Origin: a virus
Strand: one strand, 5' to 3'
DNA: 64,000 bases
IMG/VR virus record: IMGVR_UViG_3300018080_000175
Coordinates: 2,940-66,939 of that record
Part shown: one piece after another, positions 49,110 to 57,825 of the stretch
How the letters are laid out: each line of letters starts with the position of its first letter
Position numbering within the stretch: the stretch's first letter is position 1
The notes under the pieces: model-generated
What the model was told of the DNA's origin: nothing
The model's input: the letters and a program-made list of their open reading frames with translations, nothing else
Databases searched by the model: none
Position numbers and translations under genes: made by a program

Positions 49110-49886
49110 TTATCTTTTCTTTTTCTTATCCCTTAATTTTCTGTATGCCGCCGCATCACCTGAATCAGCGGCCGCTTGCAGTTTTACCATATCATCGCCA
49201 TCTTCTCCGCCACCACCACCGAAAGCACCTGCTCCTTTAGAATTGGGCCAGTAATGAGGAGAAGTAATTTTAAGTCCTTCAACCCAATTTTTGGTTGTGA
49301 GAACTTTTTTGTCTTCTGTTACAGCAAGCTTGCCTTCACTGTCACGAGCCTCAATCTGTTTGTTCTCATCAAGCGAGAATACAGAACGACCACGGAGAAC
49401 AGCATCTTCAACAGCAGTTGGAAGCATTCCCTGTTTGATCGCTTCCTCACGAACACCGTCATCAATAGTTTTGGATTCAAAGAGTTCCTGGTACATTTGT
49501 CCGTGTGTTTTTGCTTCTGTCAGATTAGTGGTAAGTTCGGTAACAACCGTTTCATGATCAGAAATCAACTGAGAAGTTTTCTTTTCAATCAATTCTTCCA
49601 CAGTACCATCTTTCAGGAATTCAGCATCTTTATTTTTTTCATAAAATTCAGTAGCAGTTTTGACCTTTTCAGGTTCGTATCCGTCAAATTTTTTCAGAGT
49701 GGTTTGGAGAACTTTCTTTTCATCCAAAAGTTCAGTGTTTTTGGCTTTCAAACCTGAAACAGCTTCCTCAACAGCCGTTTTGTTTGCATTGGTCAAATCA
49801 ATTGTAAGCTGATCAACCTCGATTTTGTGGGCGTTTTCTGCTTTTTCTCTTAGGTCTGCATCTTCAATAAAATCAAAATTTGGCAT
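49110..49886 (-). CDS. capsid scaffolding protein
   Basis: Coiled coil, GLKAKNTELLDEKK, PHYWP..GAG; lies between portal and capsid. Confidence 0.8.
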   Translation of the reverse strand: MPNFDFIEDADLREKAENAHKIEVDQLTIDLTNANKTAVEEAVSGLKAKNTELLDEKKVLQTTLKKFDGYEPEKVKTATEFYEKNKDAEFLKDGTVEELIEKKTSQLISDHETVVTELTTNLTEAKTHGQMYQELFESKTIDDGVREEAIKQGMLPTAVEDAVLRGRSVFSLDENKQIEARDSEGKLAVTEDKKVLTTKNWVEGLKITSPHYWPNSKGAGAFGGGGGEDGDDMVKLQAAADSGDAAAYRKLRDKKKKR

Positions 49887-49907
49887 TTTTTACTTCTCCT
49901 TAGTTTC

Positions 49908-49947
49908 GGAATCCTCAAGATTCCAGTTTTGGGGACCTCAAGTCCCC
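49908..49947 (-). promoter_or_regulatory. twin hairpins with identical UUGAG loops in the scaffold 5' leader
   Basis: GGGGAC-TTGAG-GTCCCC and GGAATC-TTGAG-GATTCC directly upstream of AAGGAG. Confidence 0.6.
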
Positions 49948-49971
49948 GATTAATTTGCTTTATTTCTAAAG

Positions 49972-51522
49972 CTAAACCTTTACTTTTGAATCAGGTTCAA
50001 CTTTTTCTTTGGTCTTTTTCTTTTTAACAGTGGTAACTGGTTCTATTACATTACCTTCATCATCAACTTCCGGTTTTTTACCGCCAATAAGGTTTCCGTC
50101 TTCATCAACCAAAGAAAGATCATCTTCCTCACTTTCAATATTGATTGGACTATTTTCAAGCATTACCACATAATCATCATAACCAACAGTTTGATCAAGA
50201 AGACCAGAATAAACAAGATATCTATGAATAGCTTCCAAAGGCACAACACCTGTGGTATATCCTTCGATGATCTGTTTAAGAATTGTTGAATCAGGAATAC
50301 CCTGTGTCAATGAGGATGGGGCATCAAGGATAACCTCATCCTTATTATATCCACCCCAAACACACATTGCTTCAAGTCCCTGCTTGATTGCGCTCATAGC
50401 AGACAAAAAGACCGAGTAAATTGATGCGCTCTGAGTCGATTGACGTATTCTTAATGACTCAGCCGCTTCAACGCCTTTACGTGCATCTAAGACAGCAACG
50501 CCGTGTCTGATTGCTTCCTCATATAGATCAGTTATATGATTTTTTACATGAGTGAGGGCGGCAGTATCAGTTTCAGTGTAAAAAATACGTGCTTGCTCAT
50601 TTGGAAGAACGATCATTACAGAAGAACCAACAACATTGGGAAGATTATCATCATTGCTTGCACCAACAATACATAAAGTTGGATTACATGATAAGTATTC
50701 AGAGTTTGCCAAATCTGCTTCTTTTCTGTAGATCTGAACAGAACAATTAGCAACAGAAACCAATGGGATCGGTTGCATGTCAAAAGAGTTGTTTATTGAT
50801 CCTGAAAGAAAAAGAGGTATTTCATCAATACTTTTTCCCATTAAAACAGGCGTGACTTTTGAATCGACAAGTTCCATTCCGTCTGAATCATAGACAGCAG
50901 TGATATATTTACCATCTTCATCAAGTCTTAAAACACGATAAACTTCTTTGGTATCGTGTGAAAAAATATCATCTGAATCAGGTTGACTTTCTTTCAAGAC
51001 GCCCAAAGTCAAATTCTTTTCTTCATTAACGATTGGAGTTTTCCAGTTAATGAATTCCTCAGCTTTGTAATCAACAAATCTGAATTCATTTTTTGAAGAA
51101 ACAACATCAACCAGTAACGGACAACGACCAGTCTGAAACACTTCAATGATCATATCCAAAAACAACTGATTCAAGGATCTTCCATCCTTGGTAGCATTTT
51201 TCAGAATATATTCAAGCTGTTTGGGAACATTGAACTCAGGAAGTTTTGTAATTACAATGCCCAATGCCCCAGAAAGAGCATAGGATGTAACAAGCGGGAA
51301 ATGCGCTCTCTCAATATATCCATCATAAGCTGATGCATATTCTCCTGACATGCCAGAAGGTCTTGGCAAATATGTTTCTCTTTTGCTTTTTACGACATCT
51401 TCACCATCCATACAATCTCGAACTCTGTCCCAGGACGGTTTGACCTTAATATAATCCGGATGAACTGTATCAACGACTCCCAGAGATTCAATACCTTTTT
51501 TAGGTTCTATTTGTTTTGGCAT
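49972..51522 (-). CDS. portal protein (DUF4055-like)
   Basis: HPDY..W..VRDC..GE..VK..YLP..Y..Y..RA.F; follows terL. Confidence 0.88.
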   Translation of the reverse strand: MPKQIEPKKGIESLGVVDTVHPDYIKVKPSWDRVRDCMDGEDVVKSKRETYLPRPSGMSGEYASAYDGYIERAHFPLVTSYALSGALGIVITKLPEFNVPKQLEYILKNATKDGRSLNQLFLDMIIEVFQTGRCPLLVDVVSSKNEFRFVDYKAEEFINWKTPIVNEEKNLTLGVLKESQPDSDDIFSHDTKEVYRVLRLDEDGKYITAVYDSDGMELVDSKVTPVLMGKSIDEIPLFLSGSINNSFDMQPIPLVSVANCSVQIYRKEADLANSEYLSCNPTLCIVGASNDDNLPNVVGSSVMIVLPNEQARIFYTETDTAALTHVKNHITDLYEEAIRHGVAVLDARKGVEAAESLRIRQSTQSASIYSVFLSAMSAIKQGLEAMCVWGGYNKDEVILDAPSSLTQGIPDSTILKQIIEGYTTGVVPLEAIHRYLVYSGLLDQTVGYDDYVVMLENSPINIESEEDDLSLVDEDGNLIGGKKPEVDDEGNVIEPVTTVKKKKTKEKVEPDSKVKV

Positions 51523-51549
51523 TATAGGCTCCTATACCTTTTAATATTA

Positions 51550-51855
51550 CTATTTACGTTTTTTGGTAGCTGGTTTTCTTTTAGCTGGAGCTTTCTTAAC
51601 GGCAGGTTTCCGTTTGGGAGTAGCTTTCTTAGCGGCAGGTTTCCGTTTGGGAGTAGCTTTCTTAGCGGCAGATTTTTTGGCAACTTTTTTCAAAGAATTC
51701 GCTTCTTTTTCAGCACGTTTTGCCATGCTTTTTGCTTCTGCCTTTGCTCCTTTTAATCTACCAGGAGTAGATTTGATTGATTCTGCTTCTGCAAGTGTTC
51801 TTGCATCAGCTTCCCTTTGCCATTTCTTCTCTTGGGCATTCATTGATAGGGCCAT
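51550..51855 (-). CDS. histone-H1-like basic protein
   Basis: C-terminal AAKKATPKRKP repeats, encoded by a 33-bp tandem duplication at 51601-51666. Confidence 0.7.
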   Translation of the reverse strand: MALSMNAQEKKWQREADARTLAEAESIKSTPGRLKGAKAEAKSMAKRAEKEANSLKKVAKKSAAKKATPKRKPAAKKATPKRKPAVKKAPAKRKPATKKRK

Positions 51856-51866
51856 AAGTTTCTCCT

Positions 51867-53330
51867 TTAATGCTTGACTTTTCTTCGTTTCATGGTTGTT
51901 AATCTGCGAGCTAACATATATCTTAATGAATCCATTAAATGATCTTCAAGATCGGTATCAATGTCTTCTGGCTTTTTCTTATCTCTCTGCATTTGTGGTA
52001 ATGTTCGTATGTGATGAGCCGCTTGATCAAAAAAATATAAATGTGGAGATTCTAACTCCTTTCTTTTTGCGGCACCCAACATTTGACGAATAATTGACCA
52101 TCCAGCTATTCTTGATCCTTTGCCTTTATATGCTTTTGTCCATACACATCCATGTTTTTCTAATTGGGCTCCAATCGAAGTTCCATCTCGCACTTCATAG
52201 ATTGACGTATCAGCAGGACCCGGAATACATCTGGCATTATATTCTGTAAGCAAAGCATTGTCAACCTCCAAAACACGTTTAGCAATTTGAGATGATGTGG
52301 CACGATCACCTTCATTAGGAACTCCAGTCCATCCGTATATTTCATTAGGAATTATTACTGAACCCTTTGGAATATAAGGAATATCCATTCCTCCAAGATG
52401 ATTTGGATCAGGTTGTTCTCCATTTGATTCAAATCCATAAGTAACTCCCCAAGGTTTGGATGATCCCCAGTCAAAGCTTCTGACTAATTTCCAAGAACTT
52501 GGAATTTTGAAAGTAGGCAACACATGAATATCTTTATCCCATACATCAGTAAAAAATCCACCAATTAGTAAGTCCCAAGAACCATCAATCCACGCTTTTC
52601 TTAACATTTCATCGTCTTGAGTCAAGGAATAAATCTTTGCCATGTACATTGGATCAGCTTCCAACAGTGCTTTATTCTCTGCCATATAACTTTGAACATG
52701 AGTTCTGGCAACAACAACCTTCTGTTTTTGCATGTTACCATTTTCATCAGGGAATTCGAATTCAAGTTCTTCTCTGTGAATTTTGCCTGGTTTTATAACA
52801 TCAATGAATCTTTGCTTGACCCACGCATGTCCTGGACCACTTGGATTGCATGTACTTCTGTATTTAGGAGTGATATTCTTGTTTGATGAACGATTACAAG
52901 ACATTAGCTTCAAATAAACAGTAGGGAAAACATGATTTGTTAATTCTTCCCACCCAATCCAAGGATATTCATGACCATGATACTGATCATAATCTTCAAT
53001 TGTTCGTGCATAATTCAACCACAGTGTTTCCCCATCCTCAAAAGTCCAAATTTTCTTAGAACCATTGTATTTGGCAGTAGGAAATACACGTGGAATCCAC
53101 TTTTTACACTTTGCAATGACATCGCCAAGCTCAGTTGTTGCTTCACGTAAGAGCAATCCTCTGTAATCTGAACCGTATCCTTTTCCAACACCCTGCAAAT
53201 AATCCATTAACAGAACATCAGTTTTGCCTCCACCTCTATTTCCATGAAGTAAACATTCCCAAACAGGACATTTCATGAATTTGGTCTGAGCACCAGGAAA
53301 CGGTTGCCATATTACGTTAGGTTTTCTCAT
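51867..53330 (-). CDS. terL: terminase large subunit
   Basis: HGNRGGGKT (Walker A), IGWEEL (Walker B), TCNPSGPGHAWVK, FDWG and EDHLMDSLRY nuclease motifs. Confidence 0.95.
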   Translation of the reverse strand: MRKPNVIWQPFPGAQTKFMKCPVWECLLHGNRGGGKTDVLLMDYLQGVGKGYGSDYRGLLLREATTELGDVIAKCKKWIPRVFPTAKYNGSKKIWTFEDGETLWLNYARTIEDYDQYHGHEYPWIGWEELTNHVFPTVYLKLMSCNRSSNKNITPKYRSTCNPSGPGHAWVKQRFIDVIKPGKIHREELEFEFPDENGNMQKQKVVVARTHVQSYMAENKALLEADPMYMAKIYSLTQDDEMLRKAWIDGSWDLLIGGFFTDVWDKDIHVLPTFKIPSSWKLVRSFDWGSSKPWGVTYGFESNGEQPDPNHLGGMDIPYIPKGSVIIPNEIYGWTGVPNEGDRATSSQIAKRVLEVDNALLTEYNARCIPGPADTSIYEVRDGTSIGAQLEKHGCVWTKAYKGKGSRIAGWSIIRQMLGAAKRKELESPHLYFFDQAAHHIRTLPQMQRDKKKPEDIDTDLEDHLMDSLRYMLARRLTTMKRRKVKH

Positions 53331-53785
53331 AAGGATTCTATCTCTGACATAGTGATAACACCTCTATAAGTATTGATACGAGGAATATCTTTTTCAAATT
53401 TTGCTTTATGAATTCTGGTAACAATTTCTTCTTTTGTTCCAATATTCATATCTCCATTTGCCCAAGCTTTCTTCACTCCTTTGCTTATACTTTTAATATG
53501 TTTTTCTCTCTGCTCAGGAGTAATATTGTCCCAGTATCTTTTCTGTCCTTTACTCATTCTCTTGGCAAATGCTTTCTTTTGTGACGGAGAACAGTTTGCA
53601 CAATAGTCTTTTCTGACCTTTTTCATTACCTTAGACATTAATTTTTTGAATTCTTTCTTTTGCTCTGGAGTTCTACTTCTTTGATATCGTCTTACTCCAA
53701 TACTCATAACGTTAAGTGGAGCAAGACATTCTAAACCATGAGAATTCTTTATACAGTCAAATAATGTTTCAGGAATCAACATCAA
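53327..53785 (-). CDS. basic helical-repeat protein (NUMOD3-like repeats, no nuclease motif seen)
   Basis: Three (T/S)P.Q+......SK..K+ repeats; overlaps terS and terL. Confidence 0.55.
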   Translation of the reverse strand: MMLIPETLFDCIKNSHGLECLAPLNVMSIGVRRYQRSRTPEQKKEFKKLMSKVMKKVRKDYCANCSPSQKKAFAKRMSKGQKRYWDNITPEQREKHIKSISKGVKKAWANGDMNIGTKEEIVTRIHKAKFEKDIPRINTYRGVITMSEIESL

Positions 53786-54440
53786 TTATATCCTCGTTTT
53801 CCCATTCGTCTTCTGATACAGCATCCGGAGCAACTAAAACACCATGTACATTTAAATTGGTACTTTTTGTCTCCATTTTATCAGAATATCCAAGTTTATT
53901 GGATGTTAAAAATTTGAATAGAGAAGTATTAAAACTTCTATTTTCTAATCCACTCTTTCCTTTTTCTATCCACCAAGCTTCATGCAATGCATCTCCAATC
54001 TCAGTAGCAAGATGCATTGATTCAAATTTCTCTGCCCAGTTCTTTAAAGTAATGGTTGATGTTCCCATGTGTGCGGCAATTTCTACATTGGATAATCCTG
54101 CTCTACTGAGTTCTATATATTCAATAGGATGAACAGCAGGATTAAATTTATTGTCACCAGCACTTTTAGTCAAAGCTACTTCTTTTTCCATATGCATAGG
54201 AATCATGTTTTCTTTGATAATTGGATCTCCGCCATGCTTTTTGCAAAGAGTCCCTTTTCCTACAGCATAATTTTTACACGTATTACCATTTTCATAAATA
54301 AAATCACATCTCTGCTTTTTGTACTTTTTAATTGTTCTAAGACGTTGAACAGGCTTTTTGAATTTCTTCAATTTGACCGTTTTGATCTTCTTGGTCTTCT
54401 CAACGATCTCAGATTTCTTTTTTAGTTTACGTCCAGTCAT
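53769..54440 (-). CDS. terS: terminase small subunit with N-terminal Cys/His finger
   Basis: C..C..CKKHGG, an HTH-like segment (LSNVEIAAHMGTSTITLKNW), EAWW..G..F...N.LGYSDK; lies upstream of terL. Confidence 0.78.
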   Translation of the reverse strand: MTGRKLKKKSEIVEKTKKIKTVKLKKFKKPVQRLRTIKKYKKQRCDFIYENGNTCKNYAVGKGTLCKKHGGDPIIKENMIPMHMEKEVALTKSAGDNKFNPAVHPIEYIELSRAGLSNVEIAAHMGTSTITLKNWAEKFESMHLATEIGDALHEAWWIEKGKSGLENRSFNTSLFKFLTSNKLGYSDKMETKSTNLNVHGVLVAPDAVSEDEWENEDIIDVDS

Positions 54441-54521
54441 TTTTATGATTCAATCCTAAGCGTTTTTAAGCGTGTTTTAAAGCTGTCAATAAGTACTCGT
54501 ATCAATAATTGAATAAAGCGT

Positions 54522-54911
54522 CTAAATCTTGTCATGGATTCGCTTGTATTCAATAAAATCTTTCTTTGATAATATATCTTTTATCATTCTCTCTGTAATA
54601 AAGTCAGAAAAGCCTTTAGCAGTATCTTCTTTCCATATATCCAAAGAGTTATGAATGAAATCAAGAATCATATCTTTAGGGTTCTTAAAATCATTGTATT
54701 CACGTAAGAGCAACCACAAAGAACAAACATTCTTCTTTAATGATATTGAGGTAACAAAGCTTCCCGAATGCGTATTGATACGAACGGAAAATTTCAGTGA
54801 TCCCGTGGTAAGCAAAGCTTGTGGTTTCTTCTTTGAAGTCCTGTTTATTTTGGTTGTTTTGGGTAATGTATCCATAGAAAGGAGTATAATGCTTTGTATC
54901 CGAGTTGTCAA
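54522..54911 (-). CDS. hypothetical protein (start uncertain)
   Basis: First ORF of the late strand. Confidence 0.5.
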   Translation of the reverse strand: MTTRIQSIILLSMDTLPKTTKINRTSKKKPQALLTTGSLKFSVRINTHSGSFVTSISLKKNVCSLWLLLREYNDFKNPKDMILDFIHNSLDIWKEDTAKGFSDFITERMIKDILSKKDFIEYKRIHDKI

Positions 54912-55056
54912 TAAGTTTATGTAAAAAAATACTACGAGAATAGGAATCGAAAAAAATTTAGAGGTGAGGGGAATGGAGCATATAGTATATGGGGGTCCTT
55001 AGAATAGGGAATAAGACTTCGGGTGAGTGTCTTCGAATGAGAGTTGAGGAAAGAGA

Positions 55057-55235
55057 TATTTGTACAGTCTTACTACCTAAAAATTTTAAAAAAAATCGGT
55101 CATATGAGATTTCGGATGATAGTCTTCGGATGATAGTCTTCGGATGATAGTCTTCGGATGATAGTCTTCGGATGATAGTCTTCGGATGATAGAAAATCTA
55201 TTTGTACAGTCTTACTACCTAAAAATTTTAAAAAA
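55057..55235. repeat. 37-bp direct repeat flanking the tandem array
   Basis: TATTTGTACAGTCTTACTACCTAAAAATTTTAAAAAA at 55057-55093 and 55199-55235. Confidence 0.92.
55111..55192. repeat. 14-bp tandem repeat TTCGGATGATAGTC x5 plus a 12-nt partial copy
   Basis: Read directly from the sequence; there are no spacers. Confidence 0.95.
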
Positions 55236-55339
55236 CGGAGGTGGCGAAGGAGGGACGGGGCATCATCCTGAAAAAACCCCCCTCCAAAAATGAATTGCGC
55301 CTCAGTGAAAAAATGTGGAACTTTTTTGTGGCAGAAAAT

Positions 55340-56190
55340 AATTTTTATTTTTTTCTTGACAACCAAAATTTAATTTTAAATTTAAAATAAATTAATTTTT
55401 ATTTTTTTTATTTGGTTTTATTTTATTTTTTTATTGACAAACAAAATTCTTTTAAAATTTTACCAATGATTTTTATTTTCTTTCTATGATAATTTATTTT
55501 TATTCAATGTAATATTTTTCTTGACAACCAATTTTATTTTAAAATCGTGCTCAAAAAGCTTTGATTTTAGCGTTAAAAATTTGATTTAAAATTAATTCTT
55601 ATTTTTTATTAATTTATTTTAATTTTTCTTATGTGAAACAACGTGTGAAACACAGCTCCTAACCTATTGATTTTATTAGATAAAAGTCGAATTTTGAGAT
55701 ACAAACTTTTTACATGTTAGTGTATGCATAACGTATGAAAACGCTTTAAATCGACTAAAAACAAGCACCATTTTGATTTATAGTAATTATAGTTAATTTT
55801 TTTTAATCGTTTTTATGTTCATAGGGGTATGATTTTTGCAACATGCGTGCCTATGTGTGCCTGCCCCTGCCCGTCTTCATTATTTTTTTGAATTTTAAAA
55901 TTTCAATGGTTTTTATTTTGTGGGAAAAATATTGATAGGATTTTATTTTTTGATACGATTATTTCTTATTTTTATTTAATTTTTTTTATTTTCTTCTAAG
56001 TAATTGAATTTAAAGCAAAATTCAACATTTTTAAAATTAATTTTTAATTTTTTTTAAATTTATTTTCTAAGTAACTGAATTTACAGCATAAATTTTTTTT
56101 ATGAGATGAACGATTTATTTTTTATCAATAAATTCAATATGTTGCAAAGATTAAAAAGTGTTTTTATCAATAAATTCAATAGGTTGCATA
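55340..56190. other. extremely AT-rich non-coding region with clustered IHF-like sites
   Basis: WATCAANNNNTTR matches: 55660-72 (exact, minus strand), and near-matches at 55997-56009, 56068-80, 56132-44 and 56174-86. Confidence 0.55.
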
Positions 56191-56193
56191 TGC

Positions 56194-56222
56194 TTGACTT
56201 ATTTTCTTAAAAAGTTTATTCT
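56194..56222 (+). promoter_or_regulatory. sigma70-type early promoter
   Basis: TTGACT-N17-TATTCT with AT-rich upstream DNA. Confidence 0.65.
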
Positions 56223-56280
56223 TTACCTACGATTTAAATGAAACATAAACAAAACAACATTAACTAAGGGGATTAAACAC

Positions 56281-56373
56281 ATGACAAACTCACTGACAAA
56301 AACAATAGGATACGGCATTACTTGGGGCGTCATGATTAATACTGCAATTATAATGGTAATGGCAGTTAACTAA
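56281..56373 (+). CDS. 30-aa hydrophobic peptide (not in ORF track)
   Basis: MTNSLTKTIGYGITWGVMINTAIIMVMAVN; TAAGGGG RBS. Confidence 0.6.
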   Translation: MTNSLTKTIGYGITWGVMINTAIIMVMAVN

Positions 56374-56383
56374 AAAAACAACC

Positions 56384-56425
56384 GGGGCAATGAGGCAGCC
56401 CTTTTGATCTTTGAAAATTTGTGGG
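56384..56425 (+). promoter_or_regulatory. rrn-like antitermination element (hairpin, boxA, boxC-like)
   Basis: GGGGC/GCCCT hairpin 56384-402, TGATCTTTGAAAA 56405-17, TTGTGGG 56419-25. Confidence 0.5.
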
Positions 56426-56880
56426 ACGGAGATTTGAAAAATAATCGAACCGACTTGAAAGTAAAAAAAACTAAATTGCAAAAGTTGCAAATTCAAAAGA
56501 CACTGAGGGTATGAGCCAAAGTATCGGAGAGCGCCACAGAGAACAACAAACGAATTTACACGCAACGAAAAAGCATGGAATTTTTGAAAAAATCAAGGTC
56601 TGCCTGAAAAACGAGAAAGTAAAAAATAGCGTACCTAAAAGCTACCATTTTTGAAATTGGTTTTTCTATACTACAAAATAAAATCAAGCGATGAATGAAA
56701 AAACCGATTGTGAGACAAAGCAAACAAAGTAAAAAGTTTTTTATATATTAATCAGAAAAGTTTTTGAAAAGTTTTTTTTCTTTCATAATCATTTAATTTT
56801 TAATTTATACGGTTTAGAAATTATTTTCTTTTTATATACTGAGAATTTTTTTTAAATCGTATATGAGAAAAATTAAAAAG
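56420..56880 (+). ncRNA. candidate long structured leader/ncRNA
   Basis: No credible + ORF; nested stems TGTGG/CCACA (56420/56538) and CCGA/TCGG (56450/56527), plus a G-U-containing stem 56806-16/56853-63. Confidence 0.35.
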
Positions 56881-56942
56881 ATAGTTTTTCTATTAGTTGG
56901 GGCTAAAAAAAAATTAAAAAAATTAAATTAAGGAGCTTAAAA

Positions 56943-57521
56943 ATGGCTAAATCAATCAAACGTAAAAATGTTAAAAAATCTGTATCTGTAAAAGTTGGTG
57001 ATAAAATGGTTAAAACTACTTGCAAGACTTTTGGTGCACCTTTGAAAAATGAGAAAGGTGAATTTGTATCAAAATGTAAGACTTGTTCTGTGAAAAAATC
57101 AGATGTTTGTGCCGCATGTTCTGAGAAATTTATTGAATTAAATCCTCCTGAGAAAAAAGTGGTTACAAAAAGAATTGCAAACAATGATATGGAGAATCTG
57201 GTGGTTGCTATCAGTGAAAATTCTTTACTTTCTCGAAAAGCATTGGTTGAGAAAATGGCAAAGGATTCTGCCCGAAGTGAAGGTGGTTGGAAAACAATGG
57301 TCGGTGCTTGTTTTCTTGCTATTAAACATCTTGAAGGCAAGGGCAGTGGTAAAGGTGCTTATCATTGGGCGGCACAGGGAATTAAAGAAGGAATTGTTGA
57401 CTTCAAAGCGTTGAAAAAATATGTGGCTAAGAAAGAAAACAAAAAAGAGGGCATCATTGGTAGGTCGGTTCAATATGTTTATACTGTAAATCGTTTTATG
57501 CCTGAGAAAACCGAAGCATAA
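56943..57521 (+). CDS. basic protein with Cys4 motif (putative DNA-binding early protein)
   Basis: CKTFG..CKTC..CAAC; TAAGGAG RBS. Confidence 0.7.
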   Translation: MAKSIKRKNVKKSVSVKVGDKMVKTTCKTFGAPLKNEKGEFVSKCKTCSVKKSDVCAACSEKFIELNPPEKKVVTKRIANNDMENLVVAISENSLLSRKALVEKMAKDSARSEGGWKTMVGACFLAIKHLEGKGSGKGAYHWAAQGIKEGIVDFKALKKYVAKKENKKEGIIGRSVQYVYTVNRFMPEKTEA

Positions 57522-57540
57522 GAAAAATTAATTCTTAATC

Positions 57541-57562
57541 GAGGGGTTGAAAAATACCCCTC
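57541..57562 (+). terminator. GC hairpin preceding twister 1
   Basis: GAGGGGT-TGAAAAAT-ACCCCTC. Confidence 0.7.
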
Positions 57563-57563
57563 A

Positions 57564-57618
57564 TTATTAAACCTACTATGAACGGTCCAAAGTCCGTCTT
57601 TGAAAAGGTGATGGGTAA
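57564..57618 (+). ncRNA. twister ribozyme 1 (type P1)
   Basis: P1 TTAT/GTAA, UAA loop, P2 ACCT/AGGT, T2 AC/GT, P4 ACGG/CCGT, T1 CCA/TGG; predicted cut 57568/57569. Confidence 0.8.
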
Positions 57619-57641
57619 AAATTTGAAAAATGGGAGAAAGA

Positions 57642-57782
57642 ATGAAAAATTTAATGTGGGGATTTTACTGGATTTTTACAAGTTCTTTTCTTATGTGGCA
57701 AATTGAAACAAAGGGAATTTTTGCACAATTTTTAAAATGTGTTTTTGAAATTCTTTTAAGAAAAGAACTTACTTGGAAATAG
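57642..57782 (+). CDS. 46-aa hydrophobic peptide (not in ORF track)
   Basis: MKNLMWGFYWIFTSSFLMWQIE..; GGGAG RBS. Confidence 0.55.
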   Translation: MKNLMWGFYWIFTSSFLMWQIETKGIFAQFLKCVFEILLRKELTWK

Positions 57783-57825
57783 GATTGAAATTGGATTGAA
57801 AACTGAAAAAAGGGGGTCCAAAAAA

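Noticed and set aside
55111-55192. CRISPR array
   Set aside because: The 14-bp units are head-to-tail with no unique spacers, and no cas genes are present.
55100-55366. 88-aa minus-strand ORF with SSEDYHPKTIIR repeats
   Set aside because: It is a by-product of translating the 14-bp tandem repeat and has no RBS.
55356-55545. TTGACA boxes as sigma70 promoters
   Set aside because: No good -10 hexamer at 16-18 nt spacing, and the AT-rich background makes matches uninformative.
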